Of a stretch of DNA of 64,000 nt, positions 45,077-54,836 are shown one piece after another (the first letter of the stretch is position 1; each line of letters begins with the position of its first letter). Origin of the DNA: an uncultured Mediterraneibacter sp. (GTDB lineage Bacteria > Bacillota > Clostridia > Lachnospirales > Lachnospiraceae). Where the stretch lies: contig CALWFV010000005.1 of the NCBI GenBank assembly GCA_944377745.1, positions 9,876-73,875 of the forward strand. Direction: 5' to 3'. The position numbers were made by a program, and so were the translations under genes. The notes below the pieces were generated by a model. The model was given only the letters and a program-made list of their open reading frames with translations. It searched no databases and had not been told where the DNA came from.

Positions 45077-47200
45077 CTATTTCTTCTTTCCTAACCATCT
45101 CATCACTCTGCCGAGCAGTCCGCTCTTTTCCTTCTGTGCCGGATGCGCGGAAGGTCTTCTCGCATTCAGGGCCTCCTTCATGAACACGGCCTGGGCGTCG
45201 ATCTGCCTTTCTCCCGCCTTCTTTTTCCGGTAAGTTCCATCCGGCGCCATCTCCCGCGCCTTCAGATTATCCGAGAGCATGACTTTCAGGCAGTGCAGGA
45301 GACGCTTTTTGATCTCCGTGTCATAGACCGGGCATGCCACTTCCACCCGCTTCTCCGTATTCCGCGTCATCATATCCGCCGAGCCGATGTAAATCTTCGC
45401 ATCCGGTCCGTTCCCGAACACAAATACTCTCGGATGTTCCAGATATCTTCCCACAATGCTGGTCACTCTCAGGTTCTCGGTTTCACCCGGGATCCCCGGA
45501 AGGATACAGCAGATCCCCCGGACGATCAGATCGATCTTCACTCCCGCACGGGACGCCTCCGCTACCTTATATATAAAATCGATATCCGTCACGGAATTCA
45601 TCTTCATCAGGATACGTCCATTGCTTCCTTTGGTGATCTCCTCGTCCATCAGCTGCAGGACTTTCTGTTTCAGGCTGGATGGAGATACGATGAGGTGCCT
45701 GTATTCTCCGTTCAGATTGGCGATAGACATGTTTTTAAAAAATACCGCCGCATCTTCCCCGATCGCCTGGTCCCCGGTCAGAAGAGAAAAATCGGTGTAC
45801 ATTTTCGCCGTCTTCTCATTATAGTTTCCGGTTCCGATCTGAGTGATATATCGGATGGCGTTTTTACTTCTATAGGTGATCAGGCAGATCTTGGAATGGA
45901 CTTTATATCCTTCAAATCCGTAGATAACACGGCATCCCGCTTCCTCCATCCGCTCCGACCACTCGATATTGTTCTGCTCGTCAAACCGCGCCCGCAGCTC
46001 GATCAGAGCGGTCACTTCCTTCCCGTTCTCCGCCGCGGCGCACAGATACTCCACCAGCCTGGATTTCTTAGCCAGGCGGTAGATCGTGATCTTGATGGTC
46101 AGGACGTCAGGATCCCGGGACGCCTCCCGGATCATCTGAAGGAAGGGATCCATACTCTCATAGGGATAGGACAGAAGGATATCCCGTTTTTTCACCTGCT
46201 CCATCACGTTTCCTTCTGCCAGCATAGCCGAGGGCTGAGGCGTAAACGGCTCGTTGATCAGTGCCCGCTTCATGGAATCCGGAAGTTTGTCTGCAATGGC
46301 AAAGATGAACCCCAGCTTCATGGGCATCTTTGTCCGGAAGATGCATTCCGGCGTGATGTGGAACCGGTCGCAGAAATATTTCTCCATCTCCTTACTCAGG
46401 ACGTAAGCTGTCTCAAGTCGCACCACCGCCATTCTCCGGCGCTTGTTCAGCGTCTCCTGCATGATGTTCCGGAAGTCCTCGTTATCCGCAAATGCTTCGT
46501 CGTCCGGCGAAACGTCCGCGTTCCTGGTCACGCAGATATAATTCTTATCCGACACCTGGTACTGGTCGAACACCAGCTCCAGATATTCCATGATCACCTT
46601 CTCGATGCGGATATAACGGATGTCGTATCCCGGCAGATAGAGGATATCGGAAATATACTGCGGCACAGGCACGATGCCCATCATAACCTTATTCCCCTTC
46701 TTCAGGTTTGCCACCACGTAGATCTCCTTGTTCAGAAGATGGGGGAACGGATGATTTGAATCCACGATCTGCGGAGAGAGTACAGGCAGGATCTGCTCCT
46801 TGAAATATTTCTTCACATACTTCTTCTCCGACTGCTCCAGTTCCTTGAACCCGAGCCCGCATACCCCATAGGGAGTGAGCTGTTTCTTCAGATCCGCATA
46901 AGTCCCGTCCCTCTCTTTATACAGAGGCGCCACTGCGCTGTAGATCGCCGCGAGCTGCTGTGTGGGGGTCATGCCGGACTTGGAATCCCGTTTGCTGTCG
47001 TCCACAGCCGCCATATCGCACAGGCTGCCCACGCGGATCATAAAAAATTCATCCAGGTTGCTTGTAAATATGGCGACAAACTTCATCCGTTCCATCAGCG
47101 GAACGCTTTCATCCCGCGCCTCTTCCAGCACCCGCTCGTTAAATCGCAGCCAGGACAGTTCCCTGTTCTGCGTGTAGTTTGATATCTCCTTTATCCCCAT
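45077..47200 (-). CDS. ppk1: Polyphosphate kinase 1
   Basis: NRELSWLRFNERVLEEA N-terminus, two PLD-like domains (VHSKICLI, GSADMMTRN). 707 aa. Confidence 0.95.
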   Translation of the reverse strand: MGIKEISNYTQNRELSWLRFNERVLEEARDESVPLMERMKFVAIFTSNLDEFFMIRVGSLCDMAAVDDSKRDSKSGMTPTQQLAAIYSAVAPLYKERDGTYADLKKQLTPYGVCGLGFKELEQSEKKYVKKYFKEQILPVLSPQIVDSNHPFPHLLNKEIYVVANLKKGNKVMMGIVPVPQYISDILYLPGYDIRYIRIEKVIMEYLELVFDQYQVSDKNYICVTRNADVSPDDEAFADNEDFRNIMQETLNKRRRMAVVRLETAYVLSKEMEKYFCDRFHITPECIFRTKMPMKLGFIFAIADKLPDSMKRALINEPFTPQPSAMLAEGNVMEQVKKRDILLSYPYESMDPFLQMIREASRDPDVLTIKITIYRLAKKSRLVEYLCAAAENGKEVTALIELRARFDEQNNIEWSERMEEAGCRVIYGFEGYKVHSKICLITYRSKNAIRYITQIGTGNYNEKTAKMYTDFSLLTGDQAIGEDAAVFFKNMSIANLNGEYRHLIVSPSSLKQKVLQLMDEEITKGSNGRILMKMNSVTDIDFIYKVAEASRAGVKIDLIVRGICCILPGIPGETENLRVTSIVGRYLEHPRVFVFGNGPDAKIYIGSADMMTRNTEKRVEVACPVYDTEIKKRLLHCLKVMLSDNLKAREMAPDGTYRKKKAGERQIDAQAVFMKEALNARRPSAHPAQKEKSGLLGRVMRWLGKKK

Positions 47201-47279
47201 CTTTTCCCTCCTCTTCTCTTTTCTCTGATTCGTTGGATCCTGAATCCACGTCTTTTCATGCAGACATGGCCCCGGACGC

Positions 47280-48143
47280 CTAACCTCCCAGATATTTCAT
47301 CATGTCATCCAGTTTCCGCTCTGCCAGTTTATATCCGTGTTCATAGAATGACATCAGAGACTCCTTGTTACGCTCCAGCCTGGACACCGGCTTTACCTGC
47401 GGACGAAGGATATAGATCTCGCCGCTCTTCTCCATCTGATCCAGGCGGTTCATTGTCTTATTGTACTCAAAACTCCTGCGGAGGATCGTTCTCACCAGAT
47501 TCGGATAGGAACGGTACGCCCTCCGGTAGACTTTCTGAAGTCCTTTGGACGGCACCTTCTTTCGGTATCCCCGGTTCTTTGTCAGGACCACGATGATCTT
47601 TTCATTTCCAATCTCTTTTGCACGTCCGATGGGCACAGAATCTGCCAGTCCTCCGTCCAGATAGGGTACGTCGTCCACATTGACGATGGGAGTCAGAAGC
47701 GGCATGCTGCAGGAAGCCCTGCAGATCTTCATAAGCCTCTCCCGGTCTTTTCTCTCTGTCATATACTCCGCCTTTCCCGTCAGGCAGTTCGTTGTCACGA
47801 TCTCACACTCCATCTCAGAGGAAAAATACGTGTCATAATCAAAGGGCAGGATCTCGTTGGGAAACTTATCAAAGATCAGATCCATGTTCATCACGCTCTT
47901 CTCCTTCACGAAATCCCTCATTCCATAATAATAATTTCCGCTCTTGTCCGCGGGGATCATGCAGTCCCTGGTCCTCCCCGGCTGCTTCGATACATAATCC
48001 ACCGCATTGCAGGTGCCCGCCGAAACACCGATCACATGAGACACATAAATTCCTTTTTCCATCAGCAGGTCCAGCACCCCTGAGGTAAATACTCCCCGGG
48101 TGGCGCCGCCCTCCAGCACCATTGTCGCTTTTATCATATCCAT
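47280..48143 (-). CDS. Patatin-like phospholipase family protein
   Basis: GGATRGVF oxyanion motif, GVSAG nucleophile elbow and DGG(L) catalytic Asp motif. The ORF-track start at 48152 is a TTG adjacent to the SD; I use the ATG at 48143. Confidence 0.85.
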   Translation of the reverse strand: MDMIKATMVLEGGATRGVFTSGVLDLLMEKGIYVSHVIGVSAGTCNAVDYVSKQPGRTRDCMIPADKSGNYYYGMRDFVKEKSVMNMDLIFDKFPNEILPFDYDTYFSSEMECEIVTTNCLTGKAEYMTERKDRERLMKICRASCSMPLLTPIVNVDDVPYLDGGLADSVPIGRAKEIGNEKIIVVLTKNRGYRKKVPSKGLQKVYRRAYRSYPNLVRTILRRSFEYNKTMNRLDQMEKSGEIYILRPQVKPVSRLERNKESLMSFYEHGYKLAERKLDDMMKYLGG

Positions 48144-48320
48144 ATTTCCCAAACCTCGCTTTTTATCACTTCATTGCCGTTGTGAATTGCGGGAGCATGA
48201 AATGCGGAGCAATCCGTAGCAGCATAGGGGGCAAAATACTTTTTGACCCCTACATCATTATATAACGTTTTCCCTCATTAGCAAACCGGATTTTTAAAGT
48301 TTATTCGTAACAGTTAAGCC

Positions 48321-48349
48321 TTGCCATGCGCCTTCCGCCGTGTTAATAT
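48321..48349 (+). promoter_or_regulatory. Candidate sigma-A promoter for the ABC-F gene
   Basis: TTGCCA-17 nt-TAATAT. The leader contains the hairpin CCTCTCC-CTTTC-GGAGAGG (48363-48381). Confidence 0.5.
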
Positions 48350-48434
48350 AAGCGTTGGCACTCCTCTCCCTTTCGGAGAGGCAGTTTACATCCGAAACAT
48401 TTAGTGGATTGATTCATAATAAGGAGATTTCAGA

Positions 48435-50069
48435 ATGATTAGTGCAAACAATGTGACACTCCGCGTCGGTAAGAAGGCGCTGTTCGAGGACGTCAACATC
48501 AAATTTATCGAGGGCAACTGCTACGGCCTGATCGGTGCCAACGGGGCAGGAAAATCTACTTTTTTAAAGATCCTGTCCGGTCAGCTCGAGCCCACAAAGG
48601 GCGAAGTGAGCATCACACCGGGAGAGCGTCTCTCCTTTCTGCAGCAGGACCATTTCAAATATGACGAATACCCGGTCCTCGACACAGTCATCATGGGAAA
48701 CGCCCGTCTCTATGAGATCATGAAAGAGAAGGAGGCGATCTACGCCAAGGAAGACTTTACCGACGAAGACGGGATCAAAGCCAGCGAGCTGGAAGGAGAA
48801 TTCGCCACCATGAACGGCTGGGAGGCGGAATCCGACGCCGCATCCCTGTTAAACGGACTCGGCATCGAAACGGATCTTCACTATAAATACCTGAAGGATC
48901 TCACCGGTCCGGAAAAGGTCAAAGTCCTTCTGGCACAGGCACTGTTCGGGAATCCGGACATCCTGCTCCTTGACGAGCCCACCAACCATCTGGATCTGGA
49001 CGCCATCGCATGGCTGGAGGAATTCCTGATCAACTTTGACAACACGGTCATCGTGGTATCCCATGACCGTTACTTCCTGAACAAAGTCTGCACACAGATC
49101 GCAGATATCGATTACGGAAAGATCCAGCTCTATGCCGGAAACTATGATTTCTGGTATGAGTCAAGCCAGCTCCTCATCCGCCAGATGAAGGAGGCAAATA
49201 AGAAAAAGGAAGAAAAGATCAAAGAGCTGCAGGAGTTCATCTCCCGGTTCAGCGCCAACGCTTCCAAATCCAAGCAGGCTACATCCAGAAAGCGGGCTCT
49301 GGAAAAGATCCAGCTCGATGAGATCAAGCCTTCCAGCAGGAAGTACCCCTACATCGACTTCCGCCCCAACCGCGAGATCGGAAATGAGGTCCTCACCGTG
49401 GAAGGACTGTCCAAGACCATTGACGGGGAAAAGATCCTGGACAATATCAGCTTCACCCTCGGGCACGACGACAAAGTCGCTTTCGTGGGAAGCAATGAGC
49501 TTGCAAAGACCGTCCTCTTCAAGATCCTGATCGGGGAGATGGAGCCCGACGAGGGAACATACAAATGGGGCGTAACCACATCCCAGGCGTACTTCCCCAA
49601 GGATTTCGGCGGAGAGTTTGACAAAGACTACACTATCACAGAGTGGCTGACCCAGTACTCTGAGAACAAGGACGTGACCTACGTCCGCGGTTTCCTGGGA
49701 AGAATGCTCTTCTCGGGCGAAGACGGAGTCAAGAGACTGACCGTGCTCTCCGGAGGTGAAAAAGTACGCTGCCTGCTCTCCAAGATGATGATCTCCGGCG
49801 CAAACGTGCTCCTTCTCGACGAGCCCACCAACCATCTGGATATGGAAGCCATCACCGCCCTCAACACCGGACTGATCAAGTTCAAGGGCGTGCTGCTCTT
49901 CACTTCCAGAGACCATCAGATCGTACAGACTACTGCAAACCGGATCATGGAGATCGTACCAGGCGGACATCTCATCGACAAGATCACCACCTACGATGAG
50001 TATCTGGAGAGCGATGAGATGGCAAGGAAGCGCCAGACCTACTCCGTGCAGACGGAGGACGAGGACTGA
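48435..50069 (+). CDS. ABC-F family ATPase, YbiT/YkpA-like (two ABC domains, no TM domain)
   Basis: Collinear with E. coli YbiT: GLIGANGAGKSTF, LLLDEPTNHLD (twice), FISRFSANASKSKQATSRKR linker and LSGGEKVR. Confidence 0.9.
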   Translation: MISANNVTLRVGKKALFEDVNIKFIEGNCYGLIGANGAGKSTFLKILSGQLEPTKGEVSITPGERLSFLQQDHFKYDEYPVLDTVIMGNARLYEIMKEKEAIYAKEDFTDEDGIKASELEGEFATMNGWEAESDAASLLNGLGIETDLHYKYLKDLTGPEKVKVLLAQALFGNPDILLLDEPTNHLDLDAIAWLEEFLINFDNTVIVVSHDRYFLNKVCTQIADIDYGKIQLYAGNYDFWYESSQLLIRQMKEANKKKEEKIKELQEFISRFSANASKSKQATSRKRALEKIQLDEIKPSSRKYPYIDFRPNREIGNEVLTVEGLSKTIDGEKILDNISFTLGHDDKVAFVGSNELAKTVLFKILIGEMEPDEGTYKWGVTTSQAYFPKDFGGEFDKDYTITEWLTQYSENKDVTYVRGFLGRMLFSGEDGVKRLTVLSGGEKVRCLLSKMMISGANVLLLDEPTNHLDMEAITALNTGLIKFKGVLLFTSRDHQIVQTTANRIMEIVPGGHLIDKITTYDEYLESDEMARKRQTYSVQTEDED

Positions 50070-50264
50070 GAAACTGTGGAAGTTTTCTCGTCTGACAACG
50101 AATAGGTTCCGGAATATGGCCTGCTGTGATTGATCGTATTCCGGGAGAGGTCGTGAACGGCTCAGGTTCCGTTCCCGAATCTAAGAAATACTAATAGCTT
50201 CGTATTAATTGATATGACGGGAAAGCCATTTTAATGCTTTCCCGCCATGATTACCCATCGACAG

Positions 50265-50336
50265 AGCCGGTTGAGCCAGTCAACAGCAGCACATGAAATG
50301 TGCCGTTCGTCTTACTGTTGACTGGCTCAACCGGCT
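50265..50336. repeat. 22-bp perfect inverted repeat with nested 6-bp hairpin between convergent genes
   Basis: AGCCGGTTGAGCCAGTCAACAG (50265-50286) / CTGTTGACTGGCTCAACCGGCT (50315-50336). The loop contains GCACAT-GAA-ATGTGC. There is no U-tract on either strand. Confidence 0.85.
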
Positions 50337-50370
50337 TTGCTGTCTCCCCGATAAATGGGAAGTTCTCAAA

Positions 50371-51939
50371 TTATAAAATTGATTGCCTGAGCAGATCCTT
50401 CACTGTATCTGCAAATACTTTCGGTGATGAGAACTGCACATTATGCCCACAGCCTTCAATAATTTCAAACTGAACATTTTCAGCGGTAATATGATTTGCG
50501 TAATCGCTTATAGAATCAATCGGACAAATCCAGTCACAGGCCCCCGAAATAAAGTAAACCGGCATCTCATACTCCAGGCTGCGTTCATAGGCGTCAAAGT
50601 CAAAGGTGTAATCAAACAACTGTGAATTTAATTCATAATATGCTTCGAGATCACCCAACTGTTTCAAAAACCATCTAAAATCATCAACCCCAAAATACGG
50701 AGAGACGACTGCCATCATTGTTGCTTTATCAGATACCGCCGCCGGGTGGTATTTTGATGTCAGATGTCTTAAATTCATCATGTTAGAAATACTGCGGTCA
50801 CTTTGAAACTGCTTAAAAGCGGATTTCATCCCGGTCGTATCTTCTCCTGCAGCCTCTGCTCTGGCAAGGGCATCCTCATAGCTTGCAATATCCATCTCTT
50901 CGAGAGATACAACCTGCGCCGTTCCTATATATGCAGACACCTTATCCGGGTGGTTTCCAACATACACACTTCCAAGAATTGTTCCGTAGGAATGACCGAG
51001 AAGAATTACCTTTTCCTGTCCAAACCGTTCTAAAGCATAATCAACCAACTCATCTAAATCCTTCTGTGCCTGTTCAAAGCTTGCAGTTTCATTATTTGGG
51101 TCTGTGGGTTCATTGCTGAAATAGGTTCTTCCACATCCCCTTTGATCCCATGCAATAATGGTATAGTCATCCACCAGATAATCAGTAAAAGCGTACGTAA
51201 CGTAAGTATCTGGAGATGAAGGGCCTCCATGGAGATATATAATAACAGGATTATCTGTATCCATTCCCCGCATCAGCACATATTGCTTTTGCCCTCCGAG
51301 CATCACGTATGTCCCCTCGTCTACGCCGCTTGAAACCATCTGACGGTGAGTTATGTAATTGACATTTCGGACACCTGTCACAAAGAGAATTACCGCAACA
51401 ACAGCCGAAGCAATTACCGCAATAATCCATTTCAATATGCGAATCGCAAGGTTCTTCTTTTTCTGTTCTCCACAAATTTCCCCCCTGTGTTTAAGATGAA
51501 TGCCAATATGACCAATTCCAAGAATAATCACTGACAAAAGGAGAAAAGAATTGCATCCATATATTCCCAGAAAGAAAAAAGCGCATATGGGCAGTGTTGC
51601 CCCTGCCACGGGGATACCAAAAAGACCGCTGTAAAAATCATCCATTCTATGCCTGCTCTTAAAATATCTTATCCAATACACTTCATACAGAAGCATGAAC
51701 AGAAAAGAAAGTGCAAGCCAGATGATCCAGTAGGTCTTTCTAACATTAAAATCTGAAAATATAAGGACTATGATACATACTAATGCTTCCCCTATTCGTT
51801 CAAATACCAAAAGAAGTTTGGGCTCATTCTTTGCGTAGTTCTCATAGTCATCGGGTTTATTCCGTGTCCATAAGATGTTTGGCAAAAAGAGCATTAACAA
51901 ATATATTAGCCCTACATATGAAAATCCAAAATGAAACAT
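50371..51939 (-). CDS. Membrane-anchored alpha/beta hydrolase (proline-iminopeptidase-like fold)
   Basis: The N-terminal ~190 aa carry about 5-6 hydrophobic segments. The hydrolase domain follows, with HGGPSS, WDQRGCGRT and the nucleophile elbow GHSYG. GC is visibly lower than in neighbouring genes. Confidence 0.8.
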   Translation of the reverse strand: MFHFGFSYVGLIYLLMLFLPNILWTRNKPDDYENYAKNEPKLLLVFERIGEALVCIIVLIFSDFNVRKTYWIIWLALSFLFMLLYEVYWIRYFKSRHRMDDFYSGLFGIPVAGATLPICAFFFLGIYGCNSFLLLSVIILGIGHIGIHLKHRGEICGEQKKKNLAIRILKWIIAVIASAVVAVILFVTGVRNVNYITHRQMVSSGVDEGTYVMLGGQKQYVLMRGMDTDNPVIIYLHGGPSSPDTYVTYAFTDYLVDDYTIIAWDQRGCGRTYFSNEPTDPNNETASFEQAQKDLDELVDYALERFGQEKVILLGHSYGTILGSVYVGNHPDKVSAYIGTAQVVSLEEMDIASYEDALARAEAAGEDTTGMKSAFKQFQSDRSISNMMNLRHLTSKYHPAAVSDKATMMAVVSPYFGVDDFRWFLKQLGDLEAYYELNSQLFDYTFDFDAYERSLEYEMPVYFISGACDWICPIDSISDYANHITAENVQFEIIEGCGHNVQFSSPKVFADTVKDLLRQSIL

Positions 51940-51977
51940 TGGTGTTTTCCTCTTACCTCACATAGTAGTTTTTTACC

Positions 51978-52006
51978 ATAATACTCTGGTTGGGGAAGCA
52001 CTGCAA
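51978..52006 (-). promoter_or_regulatory. Candidate sigma-A promoter of the hydrolase gene
   Basis: On the minus strand, TTGCAG-17 nt-TATTAT, with the RBS AAGAGGAAAA before the ATG at 51939. Confidence 0.45.
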
Positions 52007-52039
52007 GCGAGACTTGCCCTCCTAATTGCCTTATCAAGG

Positions 52040-52130
52040 GGCGCGCCTGCGTACCGCTGCGTTGTTTTCCAGGCGGAAGCGGGTCCGCAGGCAGTATGAT
52101 ACATTGTTCCGGCGCCCCCATCTCCCCGCC
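52040..52130 (-). repeat. Palindromic intergenic repeat, copy D (5' half only)
   Basis: The reverse complement reads CTGCGGACCCGCTTCCGCCTGGAAAACAACGCAGCGGTACGCAGGCGCGCC. Its AAAACAACGCAGCGGTACG.AGGCGCGC core differs from copy A by one nucleotide. The match stops at the 5' arm of the apical stem (52040). Confidence 0.7.
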
Positions 52131-52142
52131 AGCTCCGAAAGG

Positions 52143-53000
52143 TCACACTTTCTTCATACACGTCACTGCCATGGCCCCCGGCCCGATATGGCAAGCCACG
52201 CTCAGGGAAAGCGGTCCCTCCAGCAGCTCATATCCCGGAAACCGCTCCAGGATCTCACCTTTCCACTCCTGAGCCTCTTCTCTGCTGCAGGTGTATGCCA
52301 TTCCCAGCACCATCTGGCCTTTTATATCCGCAAAACGTTCGTTCAGATCTTTCTCCACAGCGTTCAGCATGGTCTTCTTCGCCGCTTTCCAGCCACGCAC
52401 TTTCGCAAAAGCGTCCAGCTTCTCTCCCTGGATCTGGAGGACAGGCTTCAAATTCAGCACCGCGCCGACAGCTGCCGCCGCAGGAGTGACTCGCCCGCCC
52501 TTTTTCAGATATTTCAGAGTATCCACTGTGATGTAGATGCTGGAAAGGAATTTTTCCTTCTCCAGTATTTCTTTGATCTCTTTTGCAGATTTTCCCTCAT
52601 CCCGCAGTTTCATCGCGTCATAGACGGACTGCTCCTGGGTAACAGAGATACGCTGGTTGTTTACAACCTGGACTCTTCCGTCGTATTCATCTGCGATAGA
52701 CATAGCCGTGGCACAGCTGCTGCTAAGTCCGCTGGACATCGGGATATGAACGATCTCATCATAATCCCGGAGCACCTTCTCCCAGAGTTCCATCACATCC
52801 CCCGGGGAAGGCTGAGAGGTAGAGATATCAGAATCCGCCCCCAGCCTTTCATAAAACTGTTCCTGAGTCAGCGTGATGTCTTCAAGGAAAATCTGGCCGT
52901 CAATAAAAAACGGCATAGGGAATACAAAGATTCCCAGTTCTTTCCCTCTGCTCTGGGTAATCCCGCTGTTGCTGTCAGTTATGATCGCCAGTTTGCTCAT
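52143..53000 (-). CDS. DegV family fatty-acid-binding protein
   Basis: LAIITDSNSGI N-terminus and typical DegV length. GGAGAA lies 4-5 nt before the ATG at 53000. Confidence 0.88.
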   Translation of the reverse strand: MSKLAIITDSNSGITQSRGKELGIFVFPMPFFIDGQIFLEDITLTQEQFYERLGADSDISTSQPSPGDVMELWEKVLRDYDEIVHIPMSSGLSSSCATAMSIADEYDGRVQVVNNQRISVTQEQSVYDAMKLRDEGKSAKEIKEILEKEKFLSSIYITVDTLKYLKKGGRVTPAAAAVGAVLNLKPVLQIQGEKLDAFAKVRGWKAAKKTMLNAVEKDLNERFADIKGQMVLGMAYTCSREEAQEWKGEILERFPGYELLEGPLSLSVACHIGPGAMAVTCMKKV

Positions 53001-53065
53001 ATTCTTCTCCATTCCGCCGTGCTTAACGGCGCCTTATTTTTCAAAACAACACGTGTCAAAAAGCA

Positions 53066-54430
53066 TCAGTTTTTAAAACTGTGTATCGGTGCAGGGATTC
53101 TCCCCTGTCTGCTGATAAACGTCTCGCATCCGAACTCATTCACGGGCATGATCGGGGCATATCCGAGAAGACCGCCGAACTCCGCCGTGTCTCCCACATC
53201 TTTCCCGATCACCGGGATCAGACGGACTGCCGTCGTCTTCTGGTTCACCATACCGATCGCCATCTCATCCGCAATGATGCCGGAGATGGTTGCCGCCGAC
53301 GTTTTTCCGGGTATGGCGATCATGTCAAGCCCTACTGAGCAGACACAGGTCATGGCTTCCAGCTTCTCCAGAGTCAGAGAGCCTGCATTTACCGCGTCGA
53401 TCATCCCCTGATCCTCGCTGACCGGGATGAACGCACCGCTTAAGCCTCCCACATAGGAGGACGCCATCACCCCTCCTTTTTTTACCTGATCGTTCAAAAG
53501 TGCGAGAGCCGCCGTCGTTCCCGGCGCGCCCACTTTCTCCAGTCCGATTTCTTCCAGGATCTCCGCCACACTGTCTCCCACATCCGGCGTGGGGGCGAGA
53601 GAAAGATCCACGATCCCGAAAGGAACACCCAGACGGGCAGAAGCCTCCCCTGCCACAAGCTGTCCCACACGGGTCACCTTGAATGCAGTCTTCTTAATCG
53701 TCTCACAGAGTTCTTCAAAGCCTTTTCCTCTGACCTTCTCCAGAGCTTTTTTGACAACGCCCGGACCGCTGACGCCCACGTTGATCACAGCATCCGCCTC
53801 AGTCACTCCCAGGAACGCTCCCGCCATGAACGGATTGTCATCCGGGGCGTTGCAGAATACCACCAGCTTGGCGCATCCCAGAGAATCTCTCTCCTTCGTT
53901 GCCTCCGCCGTAGCCTTCACGATCTCTCCACAAAGCCTTACCGCATCCATATTGATGCCGGTCTTTGTGGAACCTACATTCACGGAACTGCAGATCCGTT
54001 CAGTCTGGGCCAGCGCCTGGGGGATCGAACGGATCAGGTTCTCATCGCTCTTTGTCATTGCCTTGGAAACAAGAGCGGAATAACCGCCGATAAAGTTCAC
54101 GCCCACTTTGTCCGCCGCCCTGTCAAGGGTCTTCGCGATCGTCACAAAATCCTCCGGAGTTTTACATGCAGCCCCTCCCACCAGGGCGATAGGCGTCACA
54201 GAGATCCTCTTGTTCACGATTGGGATCCCGAACTCTTTCTCGATATCCTGTCCCGTGGAGACAAGATCCTTTGCCAGAGTCGTGATCTTCTCATAGATTT
54301 TCCGGTTCAGTTCGTTCAGATCAGAATCGATGCAGTCAAGAAGGCTGATCCCCAGCGTGATGGTCCTCACGTCCAGGTTCTCATGCTCGATCATCTTATT
54401 CGTCTCTGATACTTCATACATATTGATCAT
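53066..54430 (-). CDS. UPF0210 (DUF711, PFL-like) family protein
   Basis: [16 protein letters not shown] near the N-terminus. ~454 aa. Paired with the upstream ACT protein, as is usual for this family. Confidence 0.85.
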   Translation of the reverse strand: MINMYEVSETNKMIEHENLDVRTITLGISLLDCIDSDLNELNRKIYEKITTLAKDLVSTGQDIEKEFGIPIVNKRISVTPIALVGGAACKTPEDFVTIAKTLDRAADKVGVNFIGGYSALVSKAMTKSDENLIRSIPQALAQTERICSSVNVGSTKTGINMDAVRLCGEIVKATAEATKERDSLGCAKLVVFCNAPDDNPFMAGAFLGVTEADAVINVGVSGPGVVKKALEKVRGKGFEELCETIKKTAFKVTRVGQLVAGEASARLGVPFGIVDLSLAPTPDVGDSVAEILEEIGLEKVGAPGTTAALALLNDQVKKGGVMASSYVGGLSGAFIPVSEDQGMIDAVNAGSLTLEKLEAMTCVCSVGLDMIAIPGKTSAATISGIIADEMAIGMVNQKTTAVRLIPVIGKDVGDTAEFGGLLGYAPIMPVNEFGCETFISRQGRIPAPIHSFKN

Positions 54431-54465
54431 AGTCTTTTTCCTCGCGTTCTTCTAACATTCACAAT

Positions 54466-54738
54466 CTACAGTCTGTGCATTTTCTCAAAGATTTCTTCTC
54501 GCTGGCAGCGGATGTTCACGCCGATCTCTTTCCCCAGTGCCTCCATCTCGTCGCAGACTGTGGTGAAGTCTTTCTTCAGGTCCGTCACATCCACGATCAT
54601 CATCATATTGAAATATCCCTGGACGATCGTCTGGGAGATATCCAGGATATTGATCTCATTTTCAGCCAGATACGTGCAGACTTTTGCAATGATCCCTACT
54701 GTATCTTTTCCAAGTACCGTGACAATACATTTTTTCAT
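54466..54738 (-). CDS. ACT domain protein (UPF0237)
   Basis: IVTVLGKDTVGIIAKVCTYLAENEINILDISQT. AGGAGG is 8 nt from the ATG at 54738 and only 2 nt from the ATG at 54744. Confidence 0.85.
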   Translation of the reverse strand: MKKCIVTVLGKDTVGIIAKVCTYLAENEINILDISQTIVQGYFNMMMIVDVTDLKKDFTTVCDEMEALGKEIGVNIRCQREEIFEKMHRL

Positions 54739-54836
54739 TTTCATTTCCTCCTGTGGAGCCGGCCCTTCTTATGCGGTGCGGCTGTTTCACTTTTTACAAT
54801 TCATCTGATTCTGTTACTATGCGGTTCCGATCCTTA

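Noticed and set aside
47280-48143. Patatin-like phospholipase as a CBASS or other defence effector.
   Set aside because: No cyclase, sensor or other defence partner is adjacent. The gene is flanked by ppk1 and an ABC-F gene and is most simply a stand-alone lipase.
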